64,000 nucleotides of DNA from Terriglobia bacterium (GTDB taxonomy: Bacteria; Acidobacteriota; Terriglobia; 2-12-FULL-54-10). Of this stretch, positions 52,091 to 62,497 are shown piece by piece. The notes beneath the pieces are model-generated. The model ran no database searches. It was given only the letters and a program-made list of their open reading frames with translations, and was not told the DNA's origin. The position numbers and the translations under genes were made by a program. The stretch covers positions 512,001 to 576,000 of the forward strand of contig CAXVYR010000004.1 in assembly GCA_963666975.2 (NCBI GenBank). The letters are read 5' to 3'. Within the stretch, counting starts at the first letter, position 1. The number at the start of each line of letters is the position of its first letter.

Positions 52091-52452
52091 ACGAGTCAGA
52101 AATGAAGCGGGGCACATCAATTCGAAAAGGGCGTTACTCGGTTGGTGAACGGCGACGCATTGCCTGAGAGCCATTCCTAAACGCTGGGCGACAATCTGGA
52201 TTGTCCTCCTCGACCGGACTCGACGTTCGGGAATAGGCCTCTGGAGCTGGGGGCACATAGTCCACTCTCGCCAATGAAATCACTTTCACAGTCCCAGGCT
52301 GTGATGTAGACTCTCTCACTGAGACTGGCACAAAAATCGGTCTGGTCAGGGAAATAGAGTTAGAATTGGGTGGTACGGCTGCCCAGTGGTAGTGGGGTAA
52401 AGCAGAAGTCCAAATAGAAATGTCAGATTCTTCGTAAGCTTTGGAGGTGGTG

Positions 52453-54324
52453 ATGGAAATCCGTGGGTTGAAGTGTTGTGTGAAGGTTTTCTTGTTGATT
52501 GGGATTAGCGCAAGCATCCTATTCGCCCAGCAGCAGGCGCCGCCGGACACGATTTTGTACAACGGGAAGATCGTGACGATTGACGACCATGGGGTCAATG
52601 ACAACGTAGGTACGATTGCGCAAGCCATAGCGATTCGGGGCGATTCGATAGTTTCGGTGGGGAACACTGCGCAGATTCGCGCGATGGCCGGCCCCAATAC
52701 GAGGAGCCTCGACCTAAAGGGTCGAATAGTGCTGCCTGGTATGGGGGGCACCCATGATCATCCGATGGACTGGGATACGATTACGCCCGCTCTTGTGAAC
52801 GCAGTGGTCACGGATGACATTTTCGTCAATCGCTTTATCAACGTTCCGCCGGAACAAGTCATGCAGCAGTTTCCGCTGGTTTTAGAGGAAGCAGTTCTGA
52901 AGGCGAAGCCCGGTCAGTGGGTTCGTATCGCCATTCTTTATGGTCCTGATTACGCGTGGGGTTCCGAAATTTCCCCCATGTTTGGACGGCAGATTACCAA
53001 ACAGATGCTGGACTTGGCGGCCCCCAACAACCCGGTTCAGATTCGCGGAGGGTTTATCGGGCAGGTGCTGAACCAGTTAGCCATTGATGCGGTGAAAGAG
53101 CGCTACGGGGATCAGTGGGACGCGTTTACCTGGAATCCATTTGAAGGCACTGAACAGACCGGGGTCGGAAACACCAATTACCGATGGCTGGAGCAGGACG
53201 TCCTCTTTCCTCAACCGGTGTTGCAGGAAATTTATCGCTTGGGTTTGCAGTGGATGGGAGGCTTCGGATTGACCTTCAACAGCGGCGGTCTGTATACCGC
53301 TGGAGCGGTAGCGGCCTATCACGCTCTGGATCGCAGAGGGCAAATGACGATTCGCATGCCCTGGAGCTATCAACATCGGCCGCGTCCGGATCTGTGGTCT
53401 GATCCTTATTTCCACACGATGATGGCAAACATGGTAGGCCAGGGGTCGGATTATCTCTGGTTGACCGGACTTTGGCCCTCCGACAACGGCGCCAATTGCA
53501 CCACGATGGAGCGCATTGACGGCCAGCCGGTAACCCCCCAGCAAGCCAGGTGCAATTTTTCTCCCGATTGGCGGGATGGTGAGAATAGAACCGCGCTCTA
53601 CAACATGATCAAGGCTGGAGGGCGACTGGCGGGAATCCACACGGGGGGCGATAAAGATGTGGACTTCATGCTGGATGTCATTGAAGAAGCCAGCAGGGAT
53701 GCCGGGATGACGATTGAGCAGATTCGAGCGATGCGACATGGCTACGATCATATGGCCGATCTCCGCTCGGACCAGATCCAGCGCGTTAAGAATCTCGGCA
53801 TGATTCCCAGCGGCCTCAACATCGGCATATACACCGATGGGCTCGGAGACAAACTCCGACAGTATGGCGAGCAGGCGGTGGCGCGGGTATACCCCCGCAG
53901 GAGTCTCTTTGATGCAGGGGTGTGGAACAGCGTGGAGATTGACCGGCCGATTGCTTACACGAACCTGACCTACTTCCACGTGCTCTATGCCGGGATCACC
54001 CGGAAGGACCGGGATGGAAATGTATGGGCGCCAAACGAGGCAGTGAGTCGGGAAGCGATGCTGAAATTCGCGACTATGGGAGGCGCTCTCTATATTAAGC
54101 GGGAGGACAAACTGGGTTCCCTGGAACCGGGCAAGTGGGCGGACCTCGCTGTGTTGGACAAGGATTACCTGACCATTCCCGTGGAGGAGATTAAGGATCT
54201 GCGCGTCTTCATGACTATGGTAGGAGGCAAGGTCATCCATCTGGTTCCTTCCTTGGCGAGCGAATGGGGGATGCAAGCGACGGGCGCACAGATTGAATTG
54301 GGTGGTCCAGCCTCCAAATGGTAG
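52453..54324 (+). CDS. Exported amidohydrolase-3 (YtcJ-like) protein
   Basis: Signal peptide, DTILYNGKIVT, DLKGRIVLPG, HDH, GSLEPGKWADLAVLDKD. Confidence 0.85.
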   Translation: MEIRGLKCCVKVFLLIGISASILFAQQQAPPDTILYNGKIVTIDDHGVNDNVGTIAQAIAIRGDSIVSVGNTAQIRAMAGPNTRSLDLKGRIVLPGMGGTHDHPMDWDTITPALVNAVVTDDIFVNRFINVPPEQVMQQFPLVLEEAVLKAKPGQWVRIAILYGPDYAWGSEISPMFGRQITKQMLDLAAPNNPVQIRGGFIGQVLNQLAIDAVKERYGDQWDAFTWNPFEGTEQTGVGNTNYRWLEQDVLFPQPVLQEIYRLGLQWMGGFGLTFNSGGLYTAGAVAAYHALDRRGQMTIRMPWSYQHRPRPDLWSDPYFHTMMANMVGQGSDYLWLTGLWPSDNGANCTTMERIDGQPVTPQQARCNFSPDWRDGENRTALYNMIKAGGRLAGIHTGGDKDVDFMLDVIEEASRDAGMTIEQIRAMRHGYDHMADLRSDQIQRVKNLGMIPSGLNIGIYTDGLGDKLRQYGEQAVARVYPRRSLFDAGVWNSVEIDRPIAYTNLTYFHVLYAGITRKDRDGNVWAPNEAVSREAMLKFATMGGALYIKREDKLGSLEPGKWADLAVLDKDYLTIPVEEIKDLRVFMTMVGGKVIHLVPSLASEWGMQATGAQIELGGPASKW

Positions 54325-54413
54325 AGCGCAGAAACCGGTCGGCCGATCCGTCACGGGCAGGAAGCACACCACGGTAGTAAGTTTCTCTTTGGTGAATCAA
54401 GAGGAGGATTTTC

Positions 54414-54849
54414 ATGGAAGCGCAGAACTATGCCAACCATCGACGGTTCGTTCCGATGTAACACTACGTCCTGTTCGGGCTCATCGTCCTGACCCTTATT
54501 GGCTCCTTCGTCAACCTCCACCATTCCTTCGGGGATCACCAGCGGCTTTACAGCGCCTCGCTAATCGTCGTCATGATGATCTGCCTGCTGATGGTGTTTT
54601 TCTTTTGCCGCATGTTTCCCTTGCAGGCCCAGGACCGTGCCATCCGCGCTGAAGAAAACCTGCGTCACTATGTGCTCGCTGGAAAACTTCTTGATTCCAG
54701 GTTGACTATCCGCCAAATCATCGGCCTCCGTTTCGCCATCGACGAGGAGTTTGTCCCTACTGGCGCAAAGAGCAGCCGAAGAAAACCTTTCCGAAGACGA
54801 AATTAAAAAGGCAATCAAGGGTTGGCGCGCCGACACCTGTCGGGTCTAG
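54414..54849 (+). pseudogene. Small membrane protein (DUF6526-like) pseudogene
   Basis: MEAQNYANHRRFVPM* in-frame TAA, AQDRAIRAEENLRH, frameshift near 54756 before IKKAIKGWRAD. Confidence 0.65.
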
Positions 54850-55028
54850 CATTGAGCAGGATCACCCTCGATTCGAGATAATAGAGCGGGCCATGGCCTG
54901 CATTGCACTGGCAGAGCAAACCTACATGCACCGAGGCGCACCGAGTGTTACTCAGGGTGCTGGGAGAGACGGACTTTGTAACAGAAAAAGATTTGACAGG
55001 GTTTCGAGAATGGCCCATCAGTTTAATA

Positions 55029-55475
55029 TTATGAAGCGAGGCCGATGGGAGACACTTTCAGGTTGATTGTCATGGATTTATCTGTAGTTAGCGGGAGATC
55101 CGTGGAAACAGCAGCGTGTTTCGGCTCAGGGATATGGTTTGGCAATCCGAGTGCGCGCCGAACAGCAACTGCGGCGAAAACTAACAACAGGCATTGCCCC
55201 AATTTCACTTCAGCCTGGCTCGGCATAGGTTTCCCTGTCCCATCGTATCGGGACAGAAATGCGGGAATCCTGCCGTCGTGTAGCGCAGGCAGAAATTGGG
55301 TCGGATTGGAACCATAGTCCTCTTTGATGTAATCCAATACATCGACTTTAATGCCCTCCTCGTACAATGGCGTTCGGTACTCAGGCCACGACAACAACGG
55401 TATCGTCCGCGGCGGTCTATCCATGATTGCCGGCAAGAGACGTTGCAATCGACCGACTGGCTTCTGAGAGATCAT
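55029..55475 (-). CDS. Hypothetical protein, possibly a fragment
   Basis: 148-aa ORF without recognisable motif or clear RBS. Confidence 0.3.
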   Translation of the reverse strand: MISQKPVGRLQRLLPAIMDRPPRTIPLLSWPEYRTPLYEEGIKVDVLDYIKEDYGSNPTQFLPALHDGRIPAFLSRYDGTGKPMPSQAEVKLGQCLLLVFAAVAVRRALGLPNHIPEPKHAAVSTDLPLTTDKSMTINLKVSPIGLAS

Positions 55476-55711
55476 CGGAGAAATTATACTCGTCTCTGAC
55501 GCTCGGTTTTAACATCATCACAGATCATTCTTCTTGTGACGCGAGTTTATAGAGTGGCAGGGTGTTCCCCTGTGTCAAACCAAAATCACTCGTTTCATTC
55601 GGCAGCCTCTGCTCTTGGGTTGACTCCTTTTGCAGTCAGGGCTAGCCTATGGGGCAGTTTATGGTCTGGAAAGAGCTAGGGAGATGGAGGACCGGAACGG
55701 GAGGAGCAAAA

Positions 55712-57178
55712 GTGAGCACTTTGGACAGAAGGAAGTTTCTTGCAATCGGGGGAATGTCTGCCCTGTCAGGTTTGATACTGGGCGGCAATCCGGCGCGCGT
55801 CTTCGCCGTCAGTGCGCCGGATTCGGGCTCGGGCGACTGGCAGCGGTACGGTTATGACCTTCACAACACACGCTTCAACCCTCACGAACAGACAATCGGC
55901 AAAAACAACGTGGCCCGTCTGAAGAGGAAGTGGGAATTCACCATCGAAGTTCCCATTGAGACCACGCCCACCGTGATTGGAGACAGTCTCTTTTTTGGGG
56001 CGCCGGGCGCTTACTACGCCCTGGATTCTCAGACCGGAAAAATGAAATGGAAATACGAGATGCCCAAGGAAGCCAGTGATAATGTTCGTCGCGGAGTGCA
56101 GTATTACGAAGGGCGTCTTTATTCCGGGGACAGCGCAGGCTGGGTCCGTTGCCTCGACGCAGCCAGCGGCAAGCTGGTTTGGGAACGGGATTTTTCGGAG
56201 GAACCGGAACCCGACTTAAAAAGAAACAGGAGAATATCGGGCGCCACCTTGGCCTTCGATGGGAGAATTTTTCTCGGAACCACAGGAAACAAGAATCAGG
56301 TGCTTTGCCTGAATGCGGAAACGGGTGTCACGATGTGGGATTACTGGGTTACCGGTGAACACGACATCGGCAAAGGAGGTTCTCTGTGGACCTCGCCGGC
56401 GCTCGATGAAACCGAAAGAGTGCTCTATATGGTGACGGGAAGCAACAAATTTCCGGGGGCCAACGATCCGGCCTTATTTACGGAAAGTGTCCTGGCCTTT
56501 GATGCGGACACGGGATACTTGCGCTGGTTCTACCAGGCCCATCCCAACGACCCGCATGATTTGGATTGGAGTTGCCATCCCATGATTGGGGATGCGGCAG
56601 CTCCCCCGATGAAAAGAGGCGCGACACGACAGTGTTTGGTGGCGGGAAACAAAGACGGCATCTATTGTTTCGACCGGTACAGCGGCGAGCTGTTCTGGAT
56701 GACTCAACTGACACCCAGGTACCATTGGGGCGGACCAAATGTGGATGGGACCGCCTTTGCCTACAATAAAGTGTATGTGGTCTCGAACGCGGCTACGCAG
56801 CTAATCGGCAAACGTCCTATCTCGGTCACAGCCGCTCTGGATAGTTATACCGGGCGCATTGTTTGGTGGACTTACAACTTGGAAGGCATCTCGCAGGGTG
56901 GGATCGCAGTGGCCAATGAAGTTCTTTACCAGGGGTTTAACAACGGCCTTGTGGAAGCACTGGATGCCGACACGGGGAGAGTTCTCTGGGAGCACACGCT
57001 TCCCACAGCCCGAAGGGGCGGTTTTGCCGTAGCGAATGGCGCGCTCTATTGCAGCAACGGATTGCCCGGATCACAGTTTGAGGGCGGGGCTCCCGGCTAC
57101 ACTACGCCGGATGCGTTTGCCAGAGCCCAGAGAGCGGGAGGTTATTCCGTGTATTGCTTCACCATAGATGGAAAGTGA
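55712..57178 (+). CDS. Tat-exported PQQ-binding-like beta-propeller protein
   Basis: DRRKFL Tat motif; repeats ALDSQTGKMKW, CLDAASGKLVW, AFDADTGYLRW; HDLDW. Confidence 0.85.
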   Translation: MSTLDRRKFLAIGGMSALSGLILGGNPARVFAVSAPDSGSGDWQRYGYDLHNTRFNPHEQTIGKNNVARLKRKWEFTIEVPIETTPTVIGDSLFFGAPGAYYALDSQTGKMKWKYEMPKEASDNVRRGVQYYEGRLYSGDSAGWVRCLDAASGKLVWERDFSEEPEPDLKRNRRISGATLAFDGRIFLGTTGNKNQVLCLNAETGVTMWDYWVTGEHDIGKGGSLWTSPALDETERVLYMVTGSNKFPGANDPALFTESVLAFDADTGYLRWFYQAHPNDPHDLDWSCHPMIGDAAAPPMKRGATRQCLVAGNKDGIYCFDRYSGELFWMTQLTPRYHWGGPNVDGTAFAYNKVYVVSNAATQLIGKRPISVTAALDSYTGRIVWWTYNLEGISQGGIAVANEVLYQGFNNGLVEALDADTGRVLWEHTLPTARRGGFAVANGALYCSNGLPGSQFEGGAPGYTTPDAFARAQRAGGYSVYCFTIDGK

Positions 57179-57188
57179 GAGGAACATT

Positions 57189-57830
57189 ATGATGAAAACC
57201 ATAAAAATACATTCTCTGAACCGGCGCGAGTTCATCCATTCGGCCGGCTGGGGCGCCCTGGGCCTGGGGTTTTTGGGAAATTCGGGCCATGCCCAGCAGG
57301 TGTACGGCGTCCCCCAAGCGCCCGCGCCGGAGCAAAAACAAGTCTATGGTATTTGGAGATATGTGGGCTCGGTCTATTACTTCGATCCCATCGGGCTTTA
57401 TGTGCAACCGGGAGACACTGTGGGTTTCGTCATCGTATCCAGCAGCGGCAGGACCCCTACCGTGACCGCTTATCATCCCGTGAACGACAATCATGAACTT
57501 CGCATCCCGGAAACGGCCAATCCCTTCGATTCGGGAGAGGTGGTCCCCGATCCGAGGGAACCAGCCTTCCGTTGGACTTTTGAGGTGGAAGGGACTTACG
57601 ACTACTACAGCAAATTTGAAGAAGGGATGGGCATGGTCGGCCGCATTGTGGTAGGGAAGCCCGGCGGGCCGGGAGAAAAACCCTGGGGCTACGGGAACAG
57701 GGAAGGCCGCAGGGTGGTCCCTCCGGCGGTTCTGAAGAGGGCGGAATTAATGGACTCACAAGAAATTGTCAGGAAGAAGGCTGTCAACTTTCCGTATGAA
57801 GGGTTCTCTACTCCGTACCCTCTGTGGTGA
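57189..57830 (+). CDS. Tat-exported cupredoxin-fold protein with altered metal ligands
   Basis: NRREFI; YFDPIGLYVQPGDTV, TAYHP, FDSG, GTYDYYSKFEEGMGMVGRIVV. Confidence 0.75.
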   Translation: MMKTIKIHSLNRREFIHSAGWGALGLGFLGNSGHAQQVYGVPQAPAPEQKQVYGIWRYVGSVYYFDPIGLYVQPGDTVGFVIVSSSGRTPTVTAYHPVNDNHELRIPETANPFDSGEVVPDPREPAFRWTFEVEGTYDYYSKFEEGMGMVGRIVVGKPGGPGEKPWGYGNREGRRVVPPAVLKRAELMDSQEIVRKKAVNFPYEGFSTPYPLW

Positions 57831-58690
57831 TAGCTGCGATGATGCGGACCACCCTTTTTCGAGCAGCGACGGTAGGAACACTCTGCCTTTTGTTTCTTGC
57901 AGAGATGAAAGCCGCCTCGGTCCCGATAACCCCGCTGAGAGGTTTTTCCGCCACTCTGCCGGCTGGAGAAGGCAAAATCCTTGTCTTGAAATACTGCGTC
58001 GCGTGCCATGGACCAGAACTGACTCGCAAGCGGCTGGAGGAACGTAGAGGCTGGATACGCCGGTACTGGGAAGATTTGGTTTTTGAGATGATGTACGGGT
58101 GGGGAGCTGACATCAGGAGGGAAGAAGTCGAGCCGATTGCACGCTACCTGGAGGAAAACTTTGGCCCGGAAACGAACAGATCGGAGCCGCCAGGGAAGGA
58201 AGGACTCGAAACTCTTTTGCCGCCCGGGGAACCAAGGAACGTGATCCTGGCAAAGTGCACCGTTTGCCATGGCCCGGAAGTAACAAGGCGGAGAATGGAG
58301 TCCCGGATTGGTCTTTCGGCGTCGGGGTGGAAGAAGGTTTTGACTCGCATGATGAGCTACGGTGCTTCCCTGGCAGAAGACGAGATGGAGCAACTGAGCG
58401 TCTATTTGGGCGCGGATTTCGGTTCAAGCTACAGTCCGGCGGAAAAACTCCCGATCCAAGAGTTTTACTCGTTCCTTCCGGATGGTCCAGGCAAGAACTT
58501 GATCGTAGCCGATTGTCTGTCATGCCATGGCGCGTCCGAACTCAAGCAACGCATAGAAGATCATCCCAGGGGAGATCCGTACTACTGGGAGGGTGTAGTG
58601 CGCCGTATGAAAAAGCAGTGGGAGGCGCCCATGGAGGAAGAGGAAGTGGACGTCACGATTGAATACTTGAATGCCCATTTTGCCGGGTGA
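57824..58690 (+). CDS. Triheme c-type cytochrome (three repeated domains)
   Basis: CVACHG, CTVCHG, CLSCHG, each followed by W..(V/L)..M. Confidence 0.85.
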   Translation: MVIAAMMRTTLFRAATVGTLCLLFLAEMKAASVPITPLRGFSATLPAGEGKILVLKYCVACHGPELTRKRLEERRGWIRRYWEDLVFEMMYGWGADIRREEVEPIARYLEENFGPETNRSEPPGKEGLETLLPPGEPRNVILAKCTVCHGPEVTRRRMESRIGLSASGWKKVLTRMMSYGASLAEDEMEQLSVYLGADFGSSYSPAEKLPIQEFYSFLPDGPGKNLIVADCLSCHGASELKQRIEDHPRGDPYYWEGVVRRMKKQWEAPMEEEEVDVTIEYLNAHFAG

Positions 58691-58768
58691 AAACCCTGTT
58701 CGTTTCGGCAGGAATATGGTTCGTGCCCAAATACGGAGGAACGAAGGAACGGAGGAACAGAGGAACAA

Positions 58769-60589
58769 ATGATGAATTCTCCAATCATCGAGTCTAGCAA
58801 AAGGTTTGTCTTTATTCTCTTATTGGCTTTTGCCGTCAATTGTCCGATCGGCCTATCGCAGCAACGGCCCGAAAGCAAGCCGGTGGTTCTGAAAGGAGCC
58901 ACCGTCATCGACGGTTTGGGAGGTTCCCCTGTCCCGGAAGCGGTGATTCGAATCGAGGGAGATCAGATCGAATCCATCGAGGGAAAAGGGGCCGCTTATC
59001 CCTCTGACGCGACAGTTGTGGACCTTTCCGGAAAGTTCATCATCCCCGGATTGATAGAATCTCATGTTCACTATGAGGACTGGGCGGGAGAAGTGTTTCT
59101 CAATCACGGCGTGACGGCGGTCGTCGTAATGCCAAGTGGAGGCCGGATGCCCGAAGGGTTCGATCAGGCGAAAAAGGCTTCCCAGCAGAGTCGTGTGAGG
59201 ACTCCCAGGCTTTACGGCGCAGGCGGGCCCCGGCTGACCCCTTCCATGACGCGGGAACAGGTCCGCGACAGTGTTCAGGAATGGTTGAAGCAAAAGCCGG
59301 AGTTTGCCCGATTTCTTGATTTTAATGACCTCAACAAGCAGGTGTACCCGTGGGCAGCCGAGGAAGTTCATCGGGCCGGAGTGATGATCTTTGGTCATAC
59401 CGAGAATGCGCCCGAATCCCTTCGCGCGGGGCAGGACATCATTGAACACATCTGGGGATTTGTACAAGCCCAGATGTCTCCCCAGGAGCTGGACGAGTTT
59501 CAGAAGGGCCGGCATCTGCACTGGGCTACTTTCATTAAGGATTGGACACGGCTGGACCAGATGATCCGGGAAGCGGTTGACCGAGGAGCCTATATTAATC
59601 CCACTCTCCTTTTCGAAATGGGCTCGCTCAGTCCACTGGCGGCCAAACACGAGATGGAGGCCTACCAACTGTATAGCAACCCTTCTTTGATGGCGTACTA
59701 CCCCGGCAATGTCGCTGATTCGTTGCTTCAAAAATACAGGCAGATCCGGAATTTTTCCGGGAAATATGAAAACCTGGTCCTGCTATCCAGACTGACCCCG
59801 TTAGAGCTGCAAGAGTTCAGACGGGGTTATCGGTTGGCGGGCGAGTTTCTGAAACGATTCGTCGAAGCCGGCGGCAAAATCCAGGCAGGAACAGATGCTT
59901 ACCATGGAGGGACTCCCGGCCTGGGTCTCCATCAGGAGATGGAGTTGCTGGCGGAAGCGGGACTGACGCCGATGCAAGCGTTGCAAAGCGCGACTCTCTG
60001 GTCGGCGGAAATGCTCACCGGAAAAGATGGAGTCTTCGGCAGCCCGAAGATCGGAGTGGTTGCGGAGGGAGCCTTTGCCGATCTTATAGTCCTTTCAGCA
60101 AACCCGCTCGCGGATATCGGCAATACAAAGAAAATCGAGCGCGTAATGAAAGGAGGAGAATTTATCGAACTCGGCTACACTCCTGCCTATTTCAGTTTCA
60201 CCAGCCCTCCCCGATCCATCGTGATGGCAACCCCCGTCCCAAAGATCAGCGCCGTTTCGCCCCATACAGTTGTGCAGGGCGGTTCGGAGTTCGAAGTGGT
60301 CGTGGAGGGAGTGGGTTTTGTGGGAAACTCGGTTGTCCGAGTCGGCGGCATCTCCCTGGCCACTACTTTTGTCGCCCCCCGCACACTAAAGGCTCGAATT
60401 CCTGCCCGCGTGGTGGAGCGAGCTACACCGAATCCCTTCGATGCGCCGGGACCTCATCAGGAAGTGGGCATTTTCGGTGATCGGACCGTCCCGGTTACGG
60501 TTTACAACGCCCCCCCGGAGGGCGGAACTTCCAATACTATTTTCCTGAGAGTCAAACCCAAGTGGATGGCCGGCGGGAAAACGCCGTAA
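58769..60589 (+). CDS. Exported amidohydrolase with C-terminal IPT/TIG-like domain
   Basis: DLSGKFIIPGLIESHVH, AGTD, GLTPMQALQSAT, ADLIVLSANPL; PKISAVSP...GVGF. Confidence 0.85.
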   Translation: MMNSPIIESSKRFVFILLLAFAVNCPIGLSQQRPESKPVVLKGATVIDGLGGSPVPEAVIRIEGDQIESIEGKGAAYPSDATVVDLSGKFIIPGLIESHVHYEDWAGEVFLNHGVTAVVVMPSGGRMPEGFDQAKKASQQSRVRTPRLYGAGGPRLTPSMTREQVRDSVQEWLKQKPEFARFLDFNDLNKQVYPWAAEEVHRAGVMIFGHTENAPESLRAGQDIIEHIWGFVQAQMSPQELDEFQKGRHLHWATFIKDWTRLDQMIREAVDRGAYINPTLLFEMGSLSPLAAKHEMEAYQLYSNPSLMAYYPGNVADSLLQKYRQIRNFSGKYENLVLLSRLTPLELQEFRRGYRLAGEFLKRFVEAGGKIQAGTDAYHGGTPGLGLHQEMELLAEAGLTPMQALQSATLWSAEMLTGKDGVFGSPKIGVVAEGAFADLIVLSANPLADIGNTKKIERVMKGGEFIELGYTPAYFSFTSPPRSIVMATPVPKISAVSPHTVVQGGSEFEVVVEGVGFVGNSVVRVGGISLATTFVAPRTLKARIPARVVERATPNPFDAPGPHQEVGIFGDRTVPVTVYNAPPEGGTSNTIFLRVKPKWMAGGKTP

Positions 60590-60718
60590 CGAGGCTGCAA
60601 CGCAAAATAGACGCCAGCCGGAATATCATCTGCTCAATATAGTGGACAAAGCCTGTGCGAATCACCCATCGAAAATTCCCGATTGACAAGGCAAATAGAA
60701 TCAAATAGCTTAGCACCC

Positions 60719-61081
60719 ATGTTGCACAAGCTGGTAGTTTTCGTGCTGCTTCTTCCGCTCTCCCTCAACGGGCTGTGGATGGTGTGCGCAGGCGGCGAAG
60801 CCTTTGCCGGAGCCGGCGAAGAAGAAACGTCTGGCATGGCGGAGGGGGCCGACTGCTCCGCAATGTGTATCCTGAAAAAGGCGAAGCCCAATGGCCCCAT
60901 TTGTTTGATCACTGCGGATGCCAGCAAGAGTTCCTTGACCATCTTCCTGCTGGGTGTGGCCGTGATTCCAAGCGAATTTAGCTTGGTCCGGCCGTTTACA
61001 CCGGAGCGCCATATTTCTGAATTATCCCATTTCTACATAGACCCTGCACTGTTCAACGCGAACCCACCACCGCGCGTCTAG
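60719..61081 (+). CDS. Small exported Cys/Pro-motif protein (DUF2946-like), probably leaderless
   Basis: Hydrophobic N-terminus, CSAMC, C-terminal NPPPRV; TTGACA-N17-TAGCTT ends 7 nt before the ATG. Confidence 0.55.
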   Translation: MLHKLVVFVLLLPLSLNGLWMVCAGGEAFAGAGEEETSGMAEGADCSAMCILKKAKPNGPICLITADASKSSLTIFLLGVAVIPSEFSLVRPFTPERHISELSHFYIDPALFNANPPPRV

Positions 61082-61119
61082 CTCCTTCTACAACCTGTTT
61101 CGGCCGTTTTCTCGTAGCG

Positions 61120-61314
61120 GGCAGAATCCGCTTGCTGGGCATGACGCCGGGCGTCCGAGTTCGCCTGACCCGGGAGTTTGCCGTGCAGGGACGGGTTTTC
61201 CTCCCTGTCATAGAGGGGTGGCACGGCCTCCGCGCCAGGAACGTAGGCCAGGTGGCTCCGGATGTGACTTTTCAATTGAGCGTCGCGTACCGGTTCAACC
61301 TAAACCAATTCTGA
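61120..61314 (+). pseudogene. C-terminal remnant of a probable outer-membrane protein
   Basis: LLGMTPGVRVRLTREFAVQGRVFLP...FQLSVAYRF beta-strand pattern without an N-terminus. Confidence 0.4.
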
Positions 61315-61513
61315 AGTAACTATTTCGCGGAGGAGTTGAGGTAGTACGAAGCAAAATCGGCGCTGCGATCATGCAAGCAGCACAATCCAGCTTTACTTTA
61401 ATCAAAAGGAGACAAACCATGAAAGTGTACGTCGTCAGATTGTACGTCGTCAGATAATGTTGGACACAGAGCATAAAAAGATAAGGTGGCGTTCAGGCTC
61501 CTCTGGGTTGATG

Positions 61514-62497
61514 TTAGGCTGCCCTTCTTTTGAAGTGCAACCGTTTTCTTAAGATCATAGTTTTCTCTTTGATGCGATCCCGTTTTTGCAGGATGGCACT
61601 GCCTTGGCCTGTAAAAACGTCATACGGTGTCAGGTTGTTCAGGCTTTCATGGTATCGGTTGGTGTTGTAGTGGTTGACGAAGGCATCGATCTGCCGCTCC
61701 AGCTCTTCTGGCAGGTAATAGTTGTTGAGCAGGATGCGGTCTTTCAGAGTTCGGTGCCAGCGTTCGATCTTGCCCTGCGTCATGGGGTGATAGGGCTTGC
61801 CGCGAGTATGCGGCACGCTGTTTTCTGCCAGCCATGATTGCAGTTCGGAAGAGACGTAGCACGGCCCGTTGTCGCTCAGGAGGCGAGGTCTGTGCCGGGC
61901 GCCCACGCGGTCGAGGCCGGTGGCTTGCAAAGCATCCCGCAACGTGGCCGAGACGTCACTTGCGCTCATGGTTTTGCACAGCCGCCAGGCGATGATATAG
62001 CGCGAGAAGTCGTCCAGCACCGTGGACAGGTAGAACCAGCCCCAACCGATGACTTTCAGGTAGGTGAAGTCGGTCTGCCAGAGCTGGTTGACCGCCGTGG
62101 TCGGGTTGGCGAACCGTTCCGCCGCTTTCAGGACAATAAAGGCTGGCGCGGTAATCAGGTCATGGCTTTTCAGGACGCGGTAAACCGTCGATTCAGAAAG
62201 GTAATACCGCCTTTCCTCGGTAAAACGCACCGCCAGCTCGCGTGACGACAGATCGGGCTCGGCCAGGGCTAACGTCACCAACTGCTGAGTTATCTCCTCC
62301 GGCACCTTGTTCCAGACAGGGCCAGGATCGGGTTTTTTGTCTTCCAGCCCATCAAAGCCTTCCGACACATAGCGGTCGTACCAGTTGTAAAACGTCGATC
62401 TGGGAATGCCAACCTGCTGCAGCGTCCGGCGCACCCCCAGGGCAGATTGCTCCACCGTGCAGATGATCTCCAGCTTCTCCGAGGCAGGGTATCTCAT
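61514..62497 (-). CDS. IS3-family transposase OrfB
   Basis: Protein identical to 6645-7628. Confidence 0.92.
   Translation of the reverse strand: MRYPASEKLEIICTVEQSALGVRRTLQQVGIPRSTFYNWYDRYVSEGFDGLEDKKPDPGPVWNKVPEEITQQLVTLALAEPDLSSRELAVRFTEERRYYLSESTVYRVLKSHDLITAPAFIVLKAAERFANPTTAVNQLWQTDFTYLKVIGWGWFYLSTVLDDFSRYIIAWRLCKTMSASDVSATLRDALQATGLDRVGARHRPRLLSDNGPCYVSSELQSWLAENSVPHTRGKPYHPMTQGKIERWHRTLKDRILLNNYYLPEELERQIDAFVNHYNTNRYHESLNNLTPYDVFTGQGSAILQKRDRIKEKTMILRKRLHFKRRAA

Noticed and set aside
54414-54849. Recoded stop (selenocysteine) near the selenium cluster
   Set aside because: The in-frame stop is TAA, not TGA, and a frameshift follows; pseudogene is simpler.
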